Source: Spirochaetia bacterium (GTDB lineage Bacteria > Spirochaetota > Spirochaetia > UBA9216). From it: DNA of 64,000 bases. The notes under the pieces are model-generated. The model searched no databases, was not told the DNA's origin, and worked only from the letters and a program-made list of their open reading frames with translations. The stretch lies in assembly GCA_963675665.1 (NCBI GenBank), contig OY776510.1, positions 480,001 through 544,000 on the forward strand, in the 5' to 3' direction. The position numbers and the translations under genes were made by a program. This document shows, one piece after another, positions 46,766 through 56,120 of the stretch (the stretch's first letter is position 1; the number at the start of each line of letters is the position of its first letter).

Positions 46766-49177
46766 TCAGAAGCCCTGCTCATGATACAGATAACGCATCC
46801 ATTTTTCAGACAGCTTTAGCGGAGCGTTGCAGCCTGAACATATCATTCTACCTCCGTCCAGGTTCTCTTTTGCACAACCGATGCAATAGATCTTTCCGCA
46901 GACTGAACAAATGCCTGCAGGCATGTTGTCAGGCGGTTCTCCCACCAGTTTAAGAGGCGGCTGGTTTTCAATTCTTTTCGGTACTATCCATTCTTCTCCG
47001 CAGGCTGAACAGCTGAAGACGCTCATCCTTTTTCTGAAAACGACATCCTTCAGTTTGTTGTAACGGTCGGACGAAATCTCTCCCTTAAACCCGCTGAGAA
47101 GAAGGTCTGCATCGTTCAGCCGGTTTAATGATATATAAAGATCTGAAAGATTACATACAGGCTCACAAAAATCCGGCTCAAGCTCTGCAGCCCTCCGGTA
47201 TGCTGCTTCCGCCCGACTGTATTCTCCCTTAAGCAGGGACAGATTTCCCATCAGATTATAAGCCTGCGCGCTTTCACCTGTATCAAGAACTCTGACAAGA
47301 AGCTCTTCAGCCCGGGCAAAAGAATCATTCTCGATGCAGGCAGCCGCCAGGTTCAGAATAATATCAGTGCTGTTACGATCAATTTTATAAGCAGCCTCGT
47401 ATTCTTTCATTGCACCTGCAAAGTCGTTTTGCTTTGACAGAATATTGCCGCGCTGATTAAGAATTGCCGGAGTTTCACCGTCAAGAAGATTCAGGGCAGC
47501 AGTTGTACGTCCGGACTGAAACAATGCCTCGGATAAATTAACGGTTATTTCGTCGCTATCCGGTTCGGAAGCTGCCGCAGCTGTAAAAAAATCAATCGCG
47601 GCATCGGGCCTTTCTTCCTGAACGGCGGCAAGCCCGGCAAGATTCAGCACCCATGGATCTTCAGGCGCAAGATCAAGAGCCAGTTTAAGGCTGGCTTTAT
47701 AGTCTCCGCCGGTCAGAAAATGATATTCCGCCTGCTTGAAATGATAGAGGTAATACCCGGGCTCTATTTCTGCAGCCTTTTTAAAAGATGAAGAAGCCTT
47801 TCGGTTTCGGCCCTTTCCCGCTTCGATAAGCGCATTAAGATAATATACGGTACTGTCGACTGTTTTATTCTTTATAAGAGCAGTGAAAATTTTATTCGCT
47901 TCATTATAACTGCCGTCATTAAATAAAAGCTTTGCCTTGAGAATACCGGTTTCTACCCCGTCAGTTCCGCTTTTCTTATCAAGCCGTTCAAGAAAAGGAA
48001 GGATACCCTTAAGCTCTTCGTACTCTCCAAGTCTGAAATACTGCCGGGCGGCATTTCCGTACATTACTGATGCATCAGCAGCATCACCGCTTTTCTCCAG
48101 GGCTCTTGCGGCGTTCAGTGCGTACAGCGCCTGCTGTTCATCCAGTTCAAAAGCTGTTTTATATGCTTCATAAGCATTATTCCAGTTTCCCAGCGCATAC
48201 TCTGCATTTCCGAGAAGGTTTGAAGCCGCATGATTTTCCCTGCATAAGTCGGGGTAGTCCGACAGAAAATCGCGCAATTCCAGAAACCTGTTGGTCATAT
48301 ATAATATGCCTGCCCGCTGCAGAAGGTACCGGTTCCCTCGGTTGTCCGGGGGGATTCGTTCAAGAAAAGCTTCAGCCTCTTTATACATTTCCAGATTCAT
48401 GCAACAGTCGGCCGCCATCAGCAGCAATTCCGGTTCTGCCGAATCTTTATTGAGGATTTTCTTCAATTCTATAAGAGCTGCGGAATAATGACCGCTTTTT
48501 AACCGGCTTTCTGCAAAACGGGCAACAGCTTCATCGGTTATAACAGTTGTTTTAAGCCCGGCGACTGCTTTTTCCAGCTCGGCCGGACGGGATTCAATCT
48601 TTATTCTGTCAAGAAAGAAAGCGGCATTATCAGACTCATTATAATTCTGTCCGGCAAAAGAAATTCCCCCGGCAGAAAGCCCCTCATCCGACGCGGAGCC
48701 TACCCATTGGCCTTCGATAAAAAGATTCAGAGCCGCTCCGTCGGCAAGAATTGAGATATTGAACTTTTCCGGATTCATATCCGGAGCGGAAGTCCAGTCT
48801 ATAAGCACCGACGGGGTTCCGTTCAGTACCGTATCCAGCCTGAAATAGCCTTTGTCGGACACAAGAAAATAGTAATAACTGTTTTCAGCTGTTCTTCGTA
48901 TCAGAAAACCTGTTGAAGAATACCCGTTCCCGGGGGCAATACCAATCACTGCAGTCAGCAGAAAATCATCATATCTGTACAGGGGATCATCAGTCCAGGC
49001 AAAAAGATTTTTCCGGAACAGATCAAGCCGCAGTCTTCCGTTTTCAATCCGCGATTTGTAACCGTCGTCATCGAAGGCTTCAAAACGATGATCCTGAAAT
49101 ACTGAAAATGAAGTCTGCCATTTTTCAGCAACAATATCGGTCGGTTCAGCTGTTTGTTTTCTCCGGAAAAGCCTCAT
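46766..49177 (-). CDS. Large TPR protein with N-terminal beta-sandwich-like domain and C-terminal Cys-rich Zn-binding domain
   Basis: Many TPR-like repeats (NLLGNAEYALG, NQRGNIL, AYNLMGNL); C-terminal CSAC...CSVC...CIGC...CSGC. Confidence 0.8.
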   Translation of the reverse strand: MRLFRRKQTAEPTDIVAEKWQTSFSVFQDHRFEAFDDDGYKSRIENGRLRLDLFRKNLFAWTDDPLYRYDDFLLTAVIGIAPGNGYSSTGFLIRRTAENSYYYFLVSDKGYFRLDTVLNGTPSVLIDWTSAPDMNPEKFNISILADGAALNLFIEGQWVGSASDEGLSAGGISFAGQNYNESDNAAFFLDRIKIESRPAELEKAVAGLKTTVITDEAVARFAESRLKSGHYSAALIELKKILNKDSAEPELLLMAADCCMNLEMYKEAEAFLERIPPDNRGNRYLLQRAGILYMTNRFLELRDFLSDYPDLCRENHAASNLLGNAEYALGNWNNAYEAYKTAFELDEQQALYALNAARALEKSGDAADASVMYGNAARQYFRLGEYEELKGILPFLERLDKKSGTDGVETGILKAKLLFNDGSYNEANKIFTALIKNKTVDSTVYYLNALIEAGKGRNRKASSSFKKAAEIEPGYYLYHFKQAEYHFLTGGDYKASLKLALDLAPEDPWVLNLAGLAAVQEERPDAAIDFFTAAAASEPDSDEITVNLSEALFQSGRTTAALNLLDGETPAILNQRGNILSKQNDFAGAMKEYEAAYKIDRNSTDIILNLAAACIENDSFARAEELLVRVLDTGESAQAYNLMGNLSLLKGEYSRAEAAYRRAAELEPDFCEPVCNLSDLYISLNRLNDADLLLSGFKGEISSDRYNKLKDVVFRKRMSVFSCSACGEEWIVPKRIENQPPLKLVGEPPDNMPAGICSVCGKIYCIGCAKENLDGGRMICSGCNAPLKLSEKWMRYLYHEQGF

Positions 49178-49241
49178 TGGAATTCAGTATATGCTTCATT
49201 TTGGCCTTGTTTCAAGGGCTTTAAAACCATATATTATTGCT

Positions 49242-49937
49242 ATGGAAGATATTAAGGTTATTTCACTCGGCGGATCCATAATCGCGCCCGACAGAGTAGA
49301 TGTTGATTTTCTTAAAGAATTTCATAAAGAAGTTCTGAGTTATCTGGATAAAGACATCCGCAGAAAACTGATTTTTGTTACGGGGGGCGGCGGCCCGGCC
49401 CGCGCTTACCAAACCGCTTACAGGGAAATCTCTGATAACACCGACAGCGGTCTTCAGGACTGGATCGGTATTGCCGCCACAAGACTTAATGCCCAACTGG
49501 TTAAAGGTATTTTCGGTAATCTCTGCAAAAATGAAGTTGTAACGGACCCTACGGAACCGGGCTCTTTCGAAGGGAGAATAATGGTTGCAGCCGGATGGAA
49601 ACCCGGCTGGTCGACAGATTTTGATGCAGTAGTGCTTGCAGAACGCTTCGGTGCGGATACAGTAATCAACCTGTCAAATATATCGAAGGTGTATTCGGAT
49701 GATCCCAAAACAAACCCGGACGCCGTTCCGCTCGACAGGATGTGCTGGGCTGAACTCAAAGCCCTTGTCGGTGATGAGTGGGTTCCCGGGAAAAACGTGC
49801 CTTTCGACCCGGTTGCGACAAACAAGGCGGCCGAACTCAAACTGAAAGTTATAACGGCTGCGGGAAAAGATATAAAAAATATGGCGGATATTCTTGAAGG
49901 CCGGGAATTTACCGGTACCGAGATAGGCCCGGAATAA
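49242..49937 (+). CDS. pyrH: UMP kinase (archaeal-type subfamily)
   Basis: VISLGGSII, VTGGGGPARAYQ, DWIGIAATRLNA, AAGWKPGWSTD, VYSDDPK, PFDPVA. Confidence 0.93.
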   Translation: MEDIKVISLGGSIIAPDRVDVDFLKEFHKEVLSYLDKDIRRKLIFVTGGGGPARAYQTAYREISDNTDSGLQDWIGIAATRLNAQLVKGIFGNLCKNEVVTDPTEPGSFEGRIMVAAGWKPGWSTDFDAVVLAERFGADTVINLSNISKVYSDDPKTNPDAVPLDRMCWAELKALVGDEWVPGKNVPFDPVATNKAAELKLKVITAAGKDIKNMADILEGREFTGTEIGPE

Positions 49938-49955
49938 ACTTCCCGTTTACAGGCG

Positions 49956-49992
49956 CAGGTGCGAACAGCAGCTTCGCACCTGTTATTTATTT
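49956..49992 (+). terminator. Terminator after pyrH
   Basis: CAGGTGCGAA/TTCGCACCTG, then TTATTTATTT. Confidence 0.7.
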
Positions 49993-50151
49993 ACCATGTA
50001 AAGATTTATTTTATAATATCAGTGAATTTCCATTCTTTTTTTCTTTCTTTTTACGCAGCAATCGGATAAATTGCAATCTCATTAAACAGCTAATCAAGGC
50101 TATTTCCTTACAATACAAAGATTTAAGAAATACATAATCCAAAACGCACTT

Positions 50152-50168
50152 TTGGCATAATTTTTGCA
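50152..50168 (+). promoter_or_regulatory. Sigma54 (-24/-12) promoter of the radical SAM gene
   Basis: TTGGCATAATTTTTGCA: GG (50154-55) and GC (50166-67) exactly 10 nt apart, about 55 nt before the ATG; a sigma54 activator is encoded next door. Confidence 0.82.
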
Positions 50169-50223
50169 ATATTATATTTATAAATGCACAAGTTCAGTAC
50201 TGCATAATGAAGGAGAAGAGAAT

Positions 50224-51699
50224 ATGGAAAAAATGAATAATCCTTTGCTGAGAAGGATTCTGTTCAACAGAATGGTAAAAGGTTTTTCCGGCAAAAGACG
50301 CGACCTTGAACTGCTTGTTGAATATACAAATAAATATCTTGATGCGGATGACACACTCAGCTACTTCATAAACGGCATCGGTAAATCTTTAAATGAAAAC
50401 ACTCCTTTTCATGAAATCTTTTTGAGAGTCGGAAAAGAATTAAGCAACAGCTACAAGAAAAAGATTCTGACCAATCTGGTTTACAATCATTTTTATAAAG
50501 GCGCCGCCGTCAGAAATGAAATAAGAAAGAACCCGCAGGAAAAATGGATGCCGAATTTTGTAACAGTAAGTCCGACGATGCGGTGCAATCTCAGATGCCA
50601 GGGCTGCTACTCCGGGCTGTATTTAAAAGACGGAGAACTCTCCGAGTCCGAACTCGACAGCATTTTTACCCAGTTGAAAGAAAACGGGTCATACTTTGTA
50701 GTAATTTCCGGCGGAGAACCATGGGTAATGAAGGATGTTCTGTTAAGGCTTTTCAGGAAACATAACGATATGTTCTTTTTAACATACACAAACAGCACAC
50801 TTCTTGACAAAGAGACCTGCAAGAAACTTGCAAAACTCGGAAATGTCGCCGCGGCGATATCGGTTGAAGGATGGGAAAAGGAAACGGACGCGCGCCGCGG
50901 CAAGGGGATTTGGCAGAAAATTCACACGGCAATGGCCAACCTCAGGGAACAGGGCGTTCTGTTCGGCATTTCAGTAACTGTAACCCGTAATAATTTTGAC
51001 GTTGTTACCGACGACAAGCTTCTGGAACACTTCCTGGATCTCGGCGCGATCTTCGGCTGGTTCTTCGTTTTCATGCCTGTAGGAAAAGATCCCCTTCTTG
51101 ATCTTGTGCCGACCCCGGAACAGCGTGTAATGACCGGAAAAAGAGTAAAAGCCCTTAGAGCAAAATATCCTCTGTTTCTTGCCGATTTCTGGAACGACGG
51201 AGAGATTGTCGGAGGCTGCCTGGCCGGAGGAAGACAGTACCTGCATATTCTTAATTCAGGAAACGTTGAAGCCTGTGTATTTGCCCACTTCGGAGTTGAT
51301 AATATCAGGGACAAACCTCTTATCGATATCTTCAACAGCCCGTTTTTCAAGGAAATCAGGGGTTCATTTCCGTATAATGAAAGCGCCAACCTGCGAAGAC
51401 CATGCATGATTATAGATAATCCGGAAGTACTCAGAAACGCTGTTCACAAGCATGTGGCCAAAGAAGCACATGCAGGCTCCGAGGACATAGTAAACGATCC
51501 AAAAGTTATGGAATTCATAGACGAATACTCGGAAAAAGTAAAAGCACTTACCGAAACCGGTTGGGAAAAAGACACCAATACTCCGGGTTTCCGGTGGTAC
51601 AAGGAAGAACCCAGGTATGAAAAACTGTGGGAATTCAAGAGTGATGAAGAAATTCCCGCAACAGTTAAAAATGAAGAGGAAAAACCCGTAGAAGTCTAA
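50224..51699 (+). CDS. Radical SAM protein with SPASM/twitch-type C-terminal Fe-S domain
   Basis: CNLRCQGC, SGGEP, GGCLAGGRQYLHI...GNVEACVF...RPCMIIDNP; AAGGAG RBS before ATG 50224. Confidence 0.92.
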   Translation: MEKMNNPLLRRILFNRMVKGFSGKRRDLELLVEYTNKYLDADDTLSYFINGIGKSLNENTPFHEIFLRVGKELSNSYKKKILTNLVYNHFYKGAAVRNEIRKNPQEKWMPNFVTVSPTMRCNLRCQGCYSGLYLKDGELSESELDSIFTQLKENGSYFVVISGGEPWVMKDVLLRLFRKHNDMFFLTYTNSTLLDKETCKKLAKLGNVAAAISVEGWEKETDARRGKGIWQKIHTAMANLREQGVLFGISVTVTRNNFDVVTDDKLLEHFLDLGAIFGWFFVFMPVGKDPLLDLVPTPEQRVMTGKRVKALRAKYPLFLADFWNDGEIVGGCLAGGRQYLHILNSGNVEACVFAHFGVDNIRDKPLIDIFNSPFFKEIRGSFPYNESANLRRPCMIIDNPEVLRNAVHKHVAKEAHAGSEDIVNDPKVMEFIDEYSEKVKALTETGWEKDTNTPGFRWYKEEPRYEKLWEFKSDEEIPATVKNEEEKPVEV

Positions 51700-51745
51700 G
51701 CTTAAAAGCTTAAAAGCTTAAGCGAAAGCTTTTAAGCTTTCGCTT
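51698..51745. repeat. AAGCTT-rich tandem and inverted repeat; probable bidirectional terminator
   Basis: (AAGCTTAA)x3, then AAGCGAAAGCTT-TT-AAGCTTTCGCTT, between convergent stops. Confidence 0.7.
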
Positions 51746-51746
51746 C

Positions 51747-53126
51747 TTAGCTTCTACGTTTGATATTATACTTTTTCATTAAATTCTGCAGATAGCGGCG
51801 GTCGATTCCGGCCGCCGCGGCTGTTCTTGAGACATTCCAGTCATTTTTAATCAATACGGAAAGGATGAAGCGTTTTTCTATTCTTGTAACGGTTTCATTC
51901 TTCAGGATCTTTTTCATTTCCTTAAGTTCTTCATAGGTTCCGGGGATTCCTTCCGCACTGCTGTTTTCATCCATTATTTCAGCCGGCAGACAATCTATCC
52001 CTATAGCCGGGCTTTTTGACAGAAGCGCCATCTGCGTTACAATATTTCGCAGTTCCCTGACATTTCCGGGCCAGCTGTAAAATGAAAAAGCCTCGTAAAC
52101 GCTATCGTCGATTGTATTGGCTGTTGTGCGCCCTTTCTCTCTGAGTTCCTCAAAAAAACTTCGGGCTATCAATACGGCATCGCCGGGTCTTTCACGTAAC
52201 GGAGGAATTCGGACCGGCACAACCGCCAAACGGTAATAAAGATCAGACCGAAAACGCCCGGCTTCCACTTCGGCCTTCAAATCGCAGTTTGTTGCAGCAA
52301 TTATTCTTAAATCAACAGAAACCAGTTTATTATCGCCGAGAGGATAAAAACTTTCGTCTTCAAGAACCCGTAAAAGCTTGGCTTGCAGAGATTCGGACAA
52401 GTCTCCGATTTCATCCAGAAACAGCGTGCCCCCGTCGGCAAGCTTGATCTTCCCTTCATAGGATTGTGCAGCTCCGGTGAAAGCTCCTTTTTTGTACCCG
52501 AATAATTCACCCTCAAGAAGTTCAGCGGGAATTGCCGCACAGTTGATTTTCACGAAAGTCCCGTGCCTGCCGCTTGCCTTATGGACAAGCTCCGAAACAA
52601 TTTCCTTGCCTGTTCCCGTTTCGCCAAGTACAAGCACCGGAACTTTCTGACCGGCAACCCTGGCTGCAAGATTGAGTTGTTCAACAGTTGTACCGTCGGA
52701 GGTAATGAATCCCGAATCAACAGGGAAAAGCGGCGCTTCCTCCGCTATACTCGACCGGAAGGTCCGAACCCGGTCTATGACTTCTTCAATCTGCCTGAAA
52801 GCAACCGGTTTTGTTAGATAGTCATATGCCCCCAGTTTTACTGCAGAGACGGCCTGGTCTATGCTTCCGTATGCAGTCATAATCACAACCGGAACTTCCG
52901 GAGAAACAAGCCTGACTGACTTAAGTATATCAAGCCCGCTTTTCCCCGGGAGCCTCATGTCCGTGATGACCATCAGCGTTTCGTCTGAAACATATTTTTC
53001 CAGAAAATCCTCGGCTGATGTAAAACCCTCAACGGGATATCGGTCGCGCAAATTAAAGATAAAAAGATCAAGAAGCCTGTCTTCATCCTCAACTATTATA
53101 ATTTTTTTGTTTTCATCTTTCATCAC
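51747..53126 (-). CDS. Sigma54-dependent response regulator (NtrC/AtoC family)
   Basis: REC domain (VEDE, ITDMRLPG, KP), AAA+ domain (GETGTGKE, GAFTGA, FLDEIG, DLYYRL, WPGNVREL), Fis-type HTH. Confidence 0.96.
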   Translation of the reverse strand: MMKDENKKIIIVEDEDRLLDLFIFNLRDRYPVEGFTSAEDFLEKYVSDETLMVITDMRLPGKSGLDILKSVRLVSPEVPVVIMTAYGSIDQAVSAVKLGAYDYLTKPVAFRQIEEVIDRVRTFRSSIAEEAPLFPVDSGFITSDGTTVEQLNLAARVAGQKVPVLVLGETGTGKEIVSELVHKASGRHGTFVKINCAAIPAELLEGELFGYKKGAFTGAAQSYEGKIKLADGGTLFLDEIGDLSESLQAKLLRVLEDESFYPLGDNKLVSVDLRIIAATNCDLKAEVEAGRFRSDLYYRLAVVPVRIPPLRERPGDAVLIARSFFEELREKGRTTANTIDDSVYEAFSFYSWPGNVRELRNIVTQMALLSKSPAIGIDCLPAEIMDENSSAEGIPGTYEELKEMKKILKNETVTRIEKRFILSVLIKNDWNVSRTAAAAGIDRRYLQNLMKKYNIKRRS

Positions 53127-53144
53127 ACAGTTTCCGTGTCTGAA

Positions 53145-55247
53145 TTATCGCATAGAACCGGCTGCTGCTGGAAGAAGAATTTCAAAAACAGTTTCTTTTT
53201 CCGAATCAACCAGCTTTATTTCTCCGGAAGCCTCTCTCAGCAGTCTCTGGGTTATGGACAGGCCGAGACCCGTACCGGTTTTTTTAGTCGTGAAAAACGG
53301 ATCAAAGATTCGGCCCCTGACGTCTTCAGGAATCAGCTCGCCCTGATTGGAAAAAACAATTCTGACTCTTTCATCATCGGTATATTCAGCAGAAACCAGC
53401 AACCGCATACCTTCCGACATTGCATCAATCGCATTTAAAATCAGATTTAAACATATCTGCATAAGCACTTCATTATCAATCACCGCTATGACCGAAGTCG
53501 ATCGCCGTTTAAAATCTGTACTCAGATTCTTTTTTCTGAACTTGGTCGAGACAAGATCAAGTGCCCTCTGAATAACCAGCCCGACATTAACGGGGGTATG
53601 CCTTACTTCACTGTTTACAGATATGGATAATATCCTGTTTAACAGATGAGACATCCTCGTTGTCTCATCCTGGATATAAGAAGCAAAGCGTTTCACTTCT
53701 TCTTCCGACAGAGATCTGACGGCCATCGTCTCTGCTGAGGCGGATATTATCGACAGGGGATTTCTGATTTCATGAGCTATGCCTGATGAGATCTCGCTTA
53801 AAACCGCCATCTTCTCAATTGCAGCCTGTTTTTTCTCAAGAGCTATCGCCTGTTCGTGTGTGTTGCACCTTGCAATAACAACAGGAACTCCCGATAAAAA
53901 GACTTCCAGCTCTTCTATCTCCGAAGGATACCAGGCTCTTGCCGGGCCGGGCTCTCCGAACAGGCAGAAGCCAGTCAATTCATGTCTCTCAAACAACGGC
54001 GCTATCAGTACAATCCTGCGGTTGTAAAGATTTTCCAGTTCCTCGCCCTCGTGCCAGGCCAGGGCGATCTGCTGAATGTTCATAATCCGGCGGTAATTCT
54101 CCAGTTTTCCCGCCAGTTCTCCGTAACCCGGAAAACGAATCTCTTTTCCCGGATCGCTATTGATTGTAATAAAGTCTCCTGACCCGCGCTCCTTTATCAT
54201 CAGATGAAACTCATTCAGTTTCAGTTCTCCGAGGAAGACATCGGCGAGAAAACCGTCGAGCTCTGATAATGTTATAATTCCTACAAGATTTGCAGAATTA
54301 TCCTTCATAAGTTTATGAAAATCACCTGTTGCGGGAGCATTACCAATATAAAGCCTGGACTCAAACATCCTGATAATCGGTTGAAGAAAAAGCATCAGCA
54401 GAAGGATCTCGGAAACAAGGAGAATCTCCAGTTTTAAACCGAGGGTTTGAATAACATAGGCATTTAAATCATTCATTCCGTACTCAAAAAGAATGATTAT
54501 GATAATGATTGTCACCGGATAGGAGAAAAGAGTTCGTACAGCGGCCTTTCGATCAAGATATCCGAAAGACAGCATCAGAATAATGAAATACACCGTGAAA
54601 AAACTTGAAATTACAAGATAAAAATTAATTCCGCTGCGGAGCGGTAAAAAAATAAAATACGCAAAAATCATCGAAAGCGATGTAGGAATAAAACCGGTAA
54701 GAACCATTATTATATTCCGCTTTTCCGCTTTCATCAGGTTGAGTCCGTAAGATTTTGAAAACCTCAGGATTGTAACAGCCAAAAGAGTGAATGCGTAACC
54801 GAACATGATAATATAGATTGAAAAGAAAACCGGATTAATCTTGAAAAACCTGACTACATGAAAGACATCCGCCTGAGTAACGGTTTCATTTTTCAGCAGG
54901 TATGATAAAAAGAGCGCTACACCCAAACCGATTGTTTCAAAATAAATAAAAACAACCTGCCTTTTTTTCCGCCTTGTCATTACATTTCGGGGATAGTAAT
55001 AGGAAAAGTGATAAAAAATAGGGAAAAAGGTCAGCCCGCCCAGGAGAGCCATATTTAATCCGATATCCAGCGACAGACTGCTTTCAACGGTTCGCAGCAG
55101 CAATACCTCGATATTTGAAAGCATAATCGGGATTATCAGCAGGCTTAAAAAACGGTTTATCGTGCCGGAGGGATTATAAAAGTAGATCATATAGATCAAT
55201 GCAAAGTCGAAAACAAATAACACTACAAGAAATACGTTAACAACCAT
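53145..55247 (-). CDS. Membrane sensor histidine kinase (multi-TM N-terminus, GAF-like domain, HisKA/HATPase)
   Basis: About 8-9 TM; AHEIRNPL, NLILNAIDA, IFDPFFTTK, GTGLGL. Confidence 0.94.
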   Translation of the reverse strand: MVVNVFLVVLFVFDFALIYMIYFYNPSGTINRFLSLLIIPIMLSNIEVLLLRTVESSLSLDIGLNMALLGGLTFFPIFYHFSYYYPRNVMTRRKKRQVVFIYFETIGLGVALFLSYLLKNETVTQADVFHVVRFFKINPVFFSIYIIMFGYAFTLLAVTILRFSKSYGLNLMKAEKRNIIMVLTGFIPTSLSMIFAYFIFLPLRSGINFYLVISSFFTVYFIILMLSFGYLDRKAAVRTLFSYPVTIIIIIILFEYGMNDLNAYVIQTLGLKLEILLVSEILLLMLFLQPIIRMFESRLYIGNAPATGDFHKLMKDNSANLVGIITLSELDGFLADVFLGELKLNEFHLMIKERGSGDFITINSDPGKEIRFPGYGELAGKLENYRRIMNIQQIALAWHEGEELENLYNRRIVLIAPLFERHELTGFCLFGEPGPARAWYPSEIEELEVFLSGVPVVIARCNTHEQAIALEKKQAAIEKMAVLSEISSGIAHEIRNPLSIISASAETMAVRSLSEEEVKRFASYIQDETTRMSHLLNRILSISVNSEVRHTPVNVGLVIQRALDLVSTKFRKKNLSTDFKRRSTSVIAVIDNEVLMQICLNLILNAIDAMSEGMRLLVSAEYTDDERVRIVFSNQGELIPEDVRGRIFDPFFTTKKTGTGLGLSITQRLLREASGEIKLVDSEKETVFEILLPAAAGSMR

Positions 55248-55310
55248 AATTCAGTTTACTATCGAAGCTCAAGTTTGACCAGCCCGCGGTTCCTGTGCTA
55301 ATCTCGAATT

Positions 55311-56120
55311 ATGAATCTGATCCTTTTTGAACAGGACGAAATGAAAGAATCCGAAAGCAGGGGCGGAACGGAATTTTATATTTTTCTGAAGCCGGACGAT
55401 CTTCGCTCGGCTCATCTCAAAAAGATACTGAAAGCCGCTGAAGGAACGGTTGTTGATGCCGGGGTAATCAACGGGAAAAAGGGAAAAGCTGTAATTACCG
55501 AAATTAACGAAACCGGAATACGGCTTGTATTCACCCCCCAAAGCGACTCTGTCGGCCTGCATCCGATTACGCTTCTGCTGGGCCTTTCACGGCCTCCCAC
55601 AGTGAGAAAAGTCCTGAAAGAGGCAACAGCGCTCGGCGTAAGCAGGTTTATATTATGCGGTACGGAAAACGGAGAGCAGAGTTATCGCCGGAGCAGCGCT
55701 CTTAAAAATGAGAAAATCCATGAGATTCTGATTGAAGGCGCCCAGCAGGCCTACTGCACCCGGCTGCCTGAAGTAGAAATATGTTATAACGTAAAAAAAG
55801 CGGTGGAGCGCGCTGTTGAACCGTTTCCCGGGGCAACCGGCCTGCCAAAACTGCTTGCGCTTGATAATTACGAAGCGACTGTTTCGCTTTCAAAATACTG
55901 GACTGATTGTGCCCGTAAAGAATCTTCAACCGGCGACACTTCGCCCGTATTACATACTGTCCTGGCCGTAGGCTCAGAACGGGGCTGGACAGATTCGGAA
56001 CGGAAGATTCTTCGTGAAAACGGCTATACCCTGTGCAGCCTGGGACAACGGGTACTGCGGACAGAAACCGCATCTATAGCCGGAACCGCAGTATGTTTAT
56101 CCGGCATGGGTTTAATCTAA
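55311..56120 (+). CDS. rsmE: 16S rRNA m3U1498 methyltransferase RsmE family
   Basis: HLKKIL, KEATALGV, EGAQQA..TRLP, VGSERGW, SLGQRVLRTETA. Confidence 0.9.
   Translation: MNLILFEQDEMKESESRGGTEFYIFLKPDDLRSAHLKKILKAAEGTVVDAGVINGKKGKAVITEINETGIRLVFTPQSDSVGLHPITLLLGLSRPPTVRKVLKEATALGVSRFILCGTENGEQSYRRSSALKNEKIHEILIEGAQQAYCTRLPEVEICYNVKKAVERAVEPFPGATGLPKLLALDNYEATVSLSKYWTDCARKESSTGDTSPVLHTVLAVGSERGWTDSERKILRENGYTLCSLGQRVLRTETASIAGTAVCLSGMGLI

Noticed and set aside
49990-50223. RiPP precursor peptide for the SPASM enzyme
   Set aside because: No small ORF with an RBS was found; the space is taken by the promoter elements.
51747-55247. PrsK/PrsR of a PEP-CTERM system
   Set aside because: Similar domain layout, but no exosortase or PEP-CTERM protein is in the window, so it cannot be supported.
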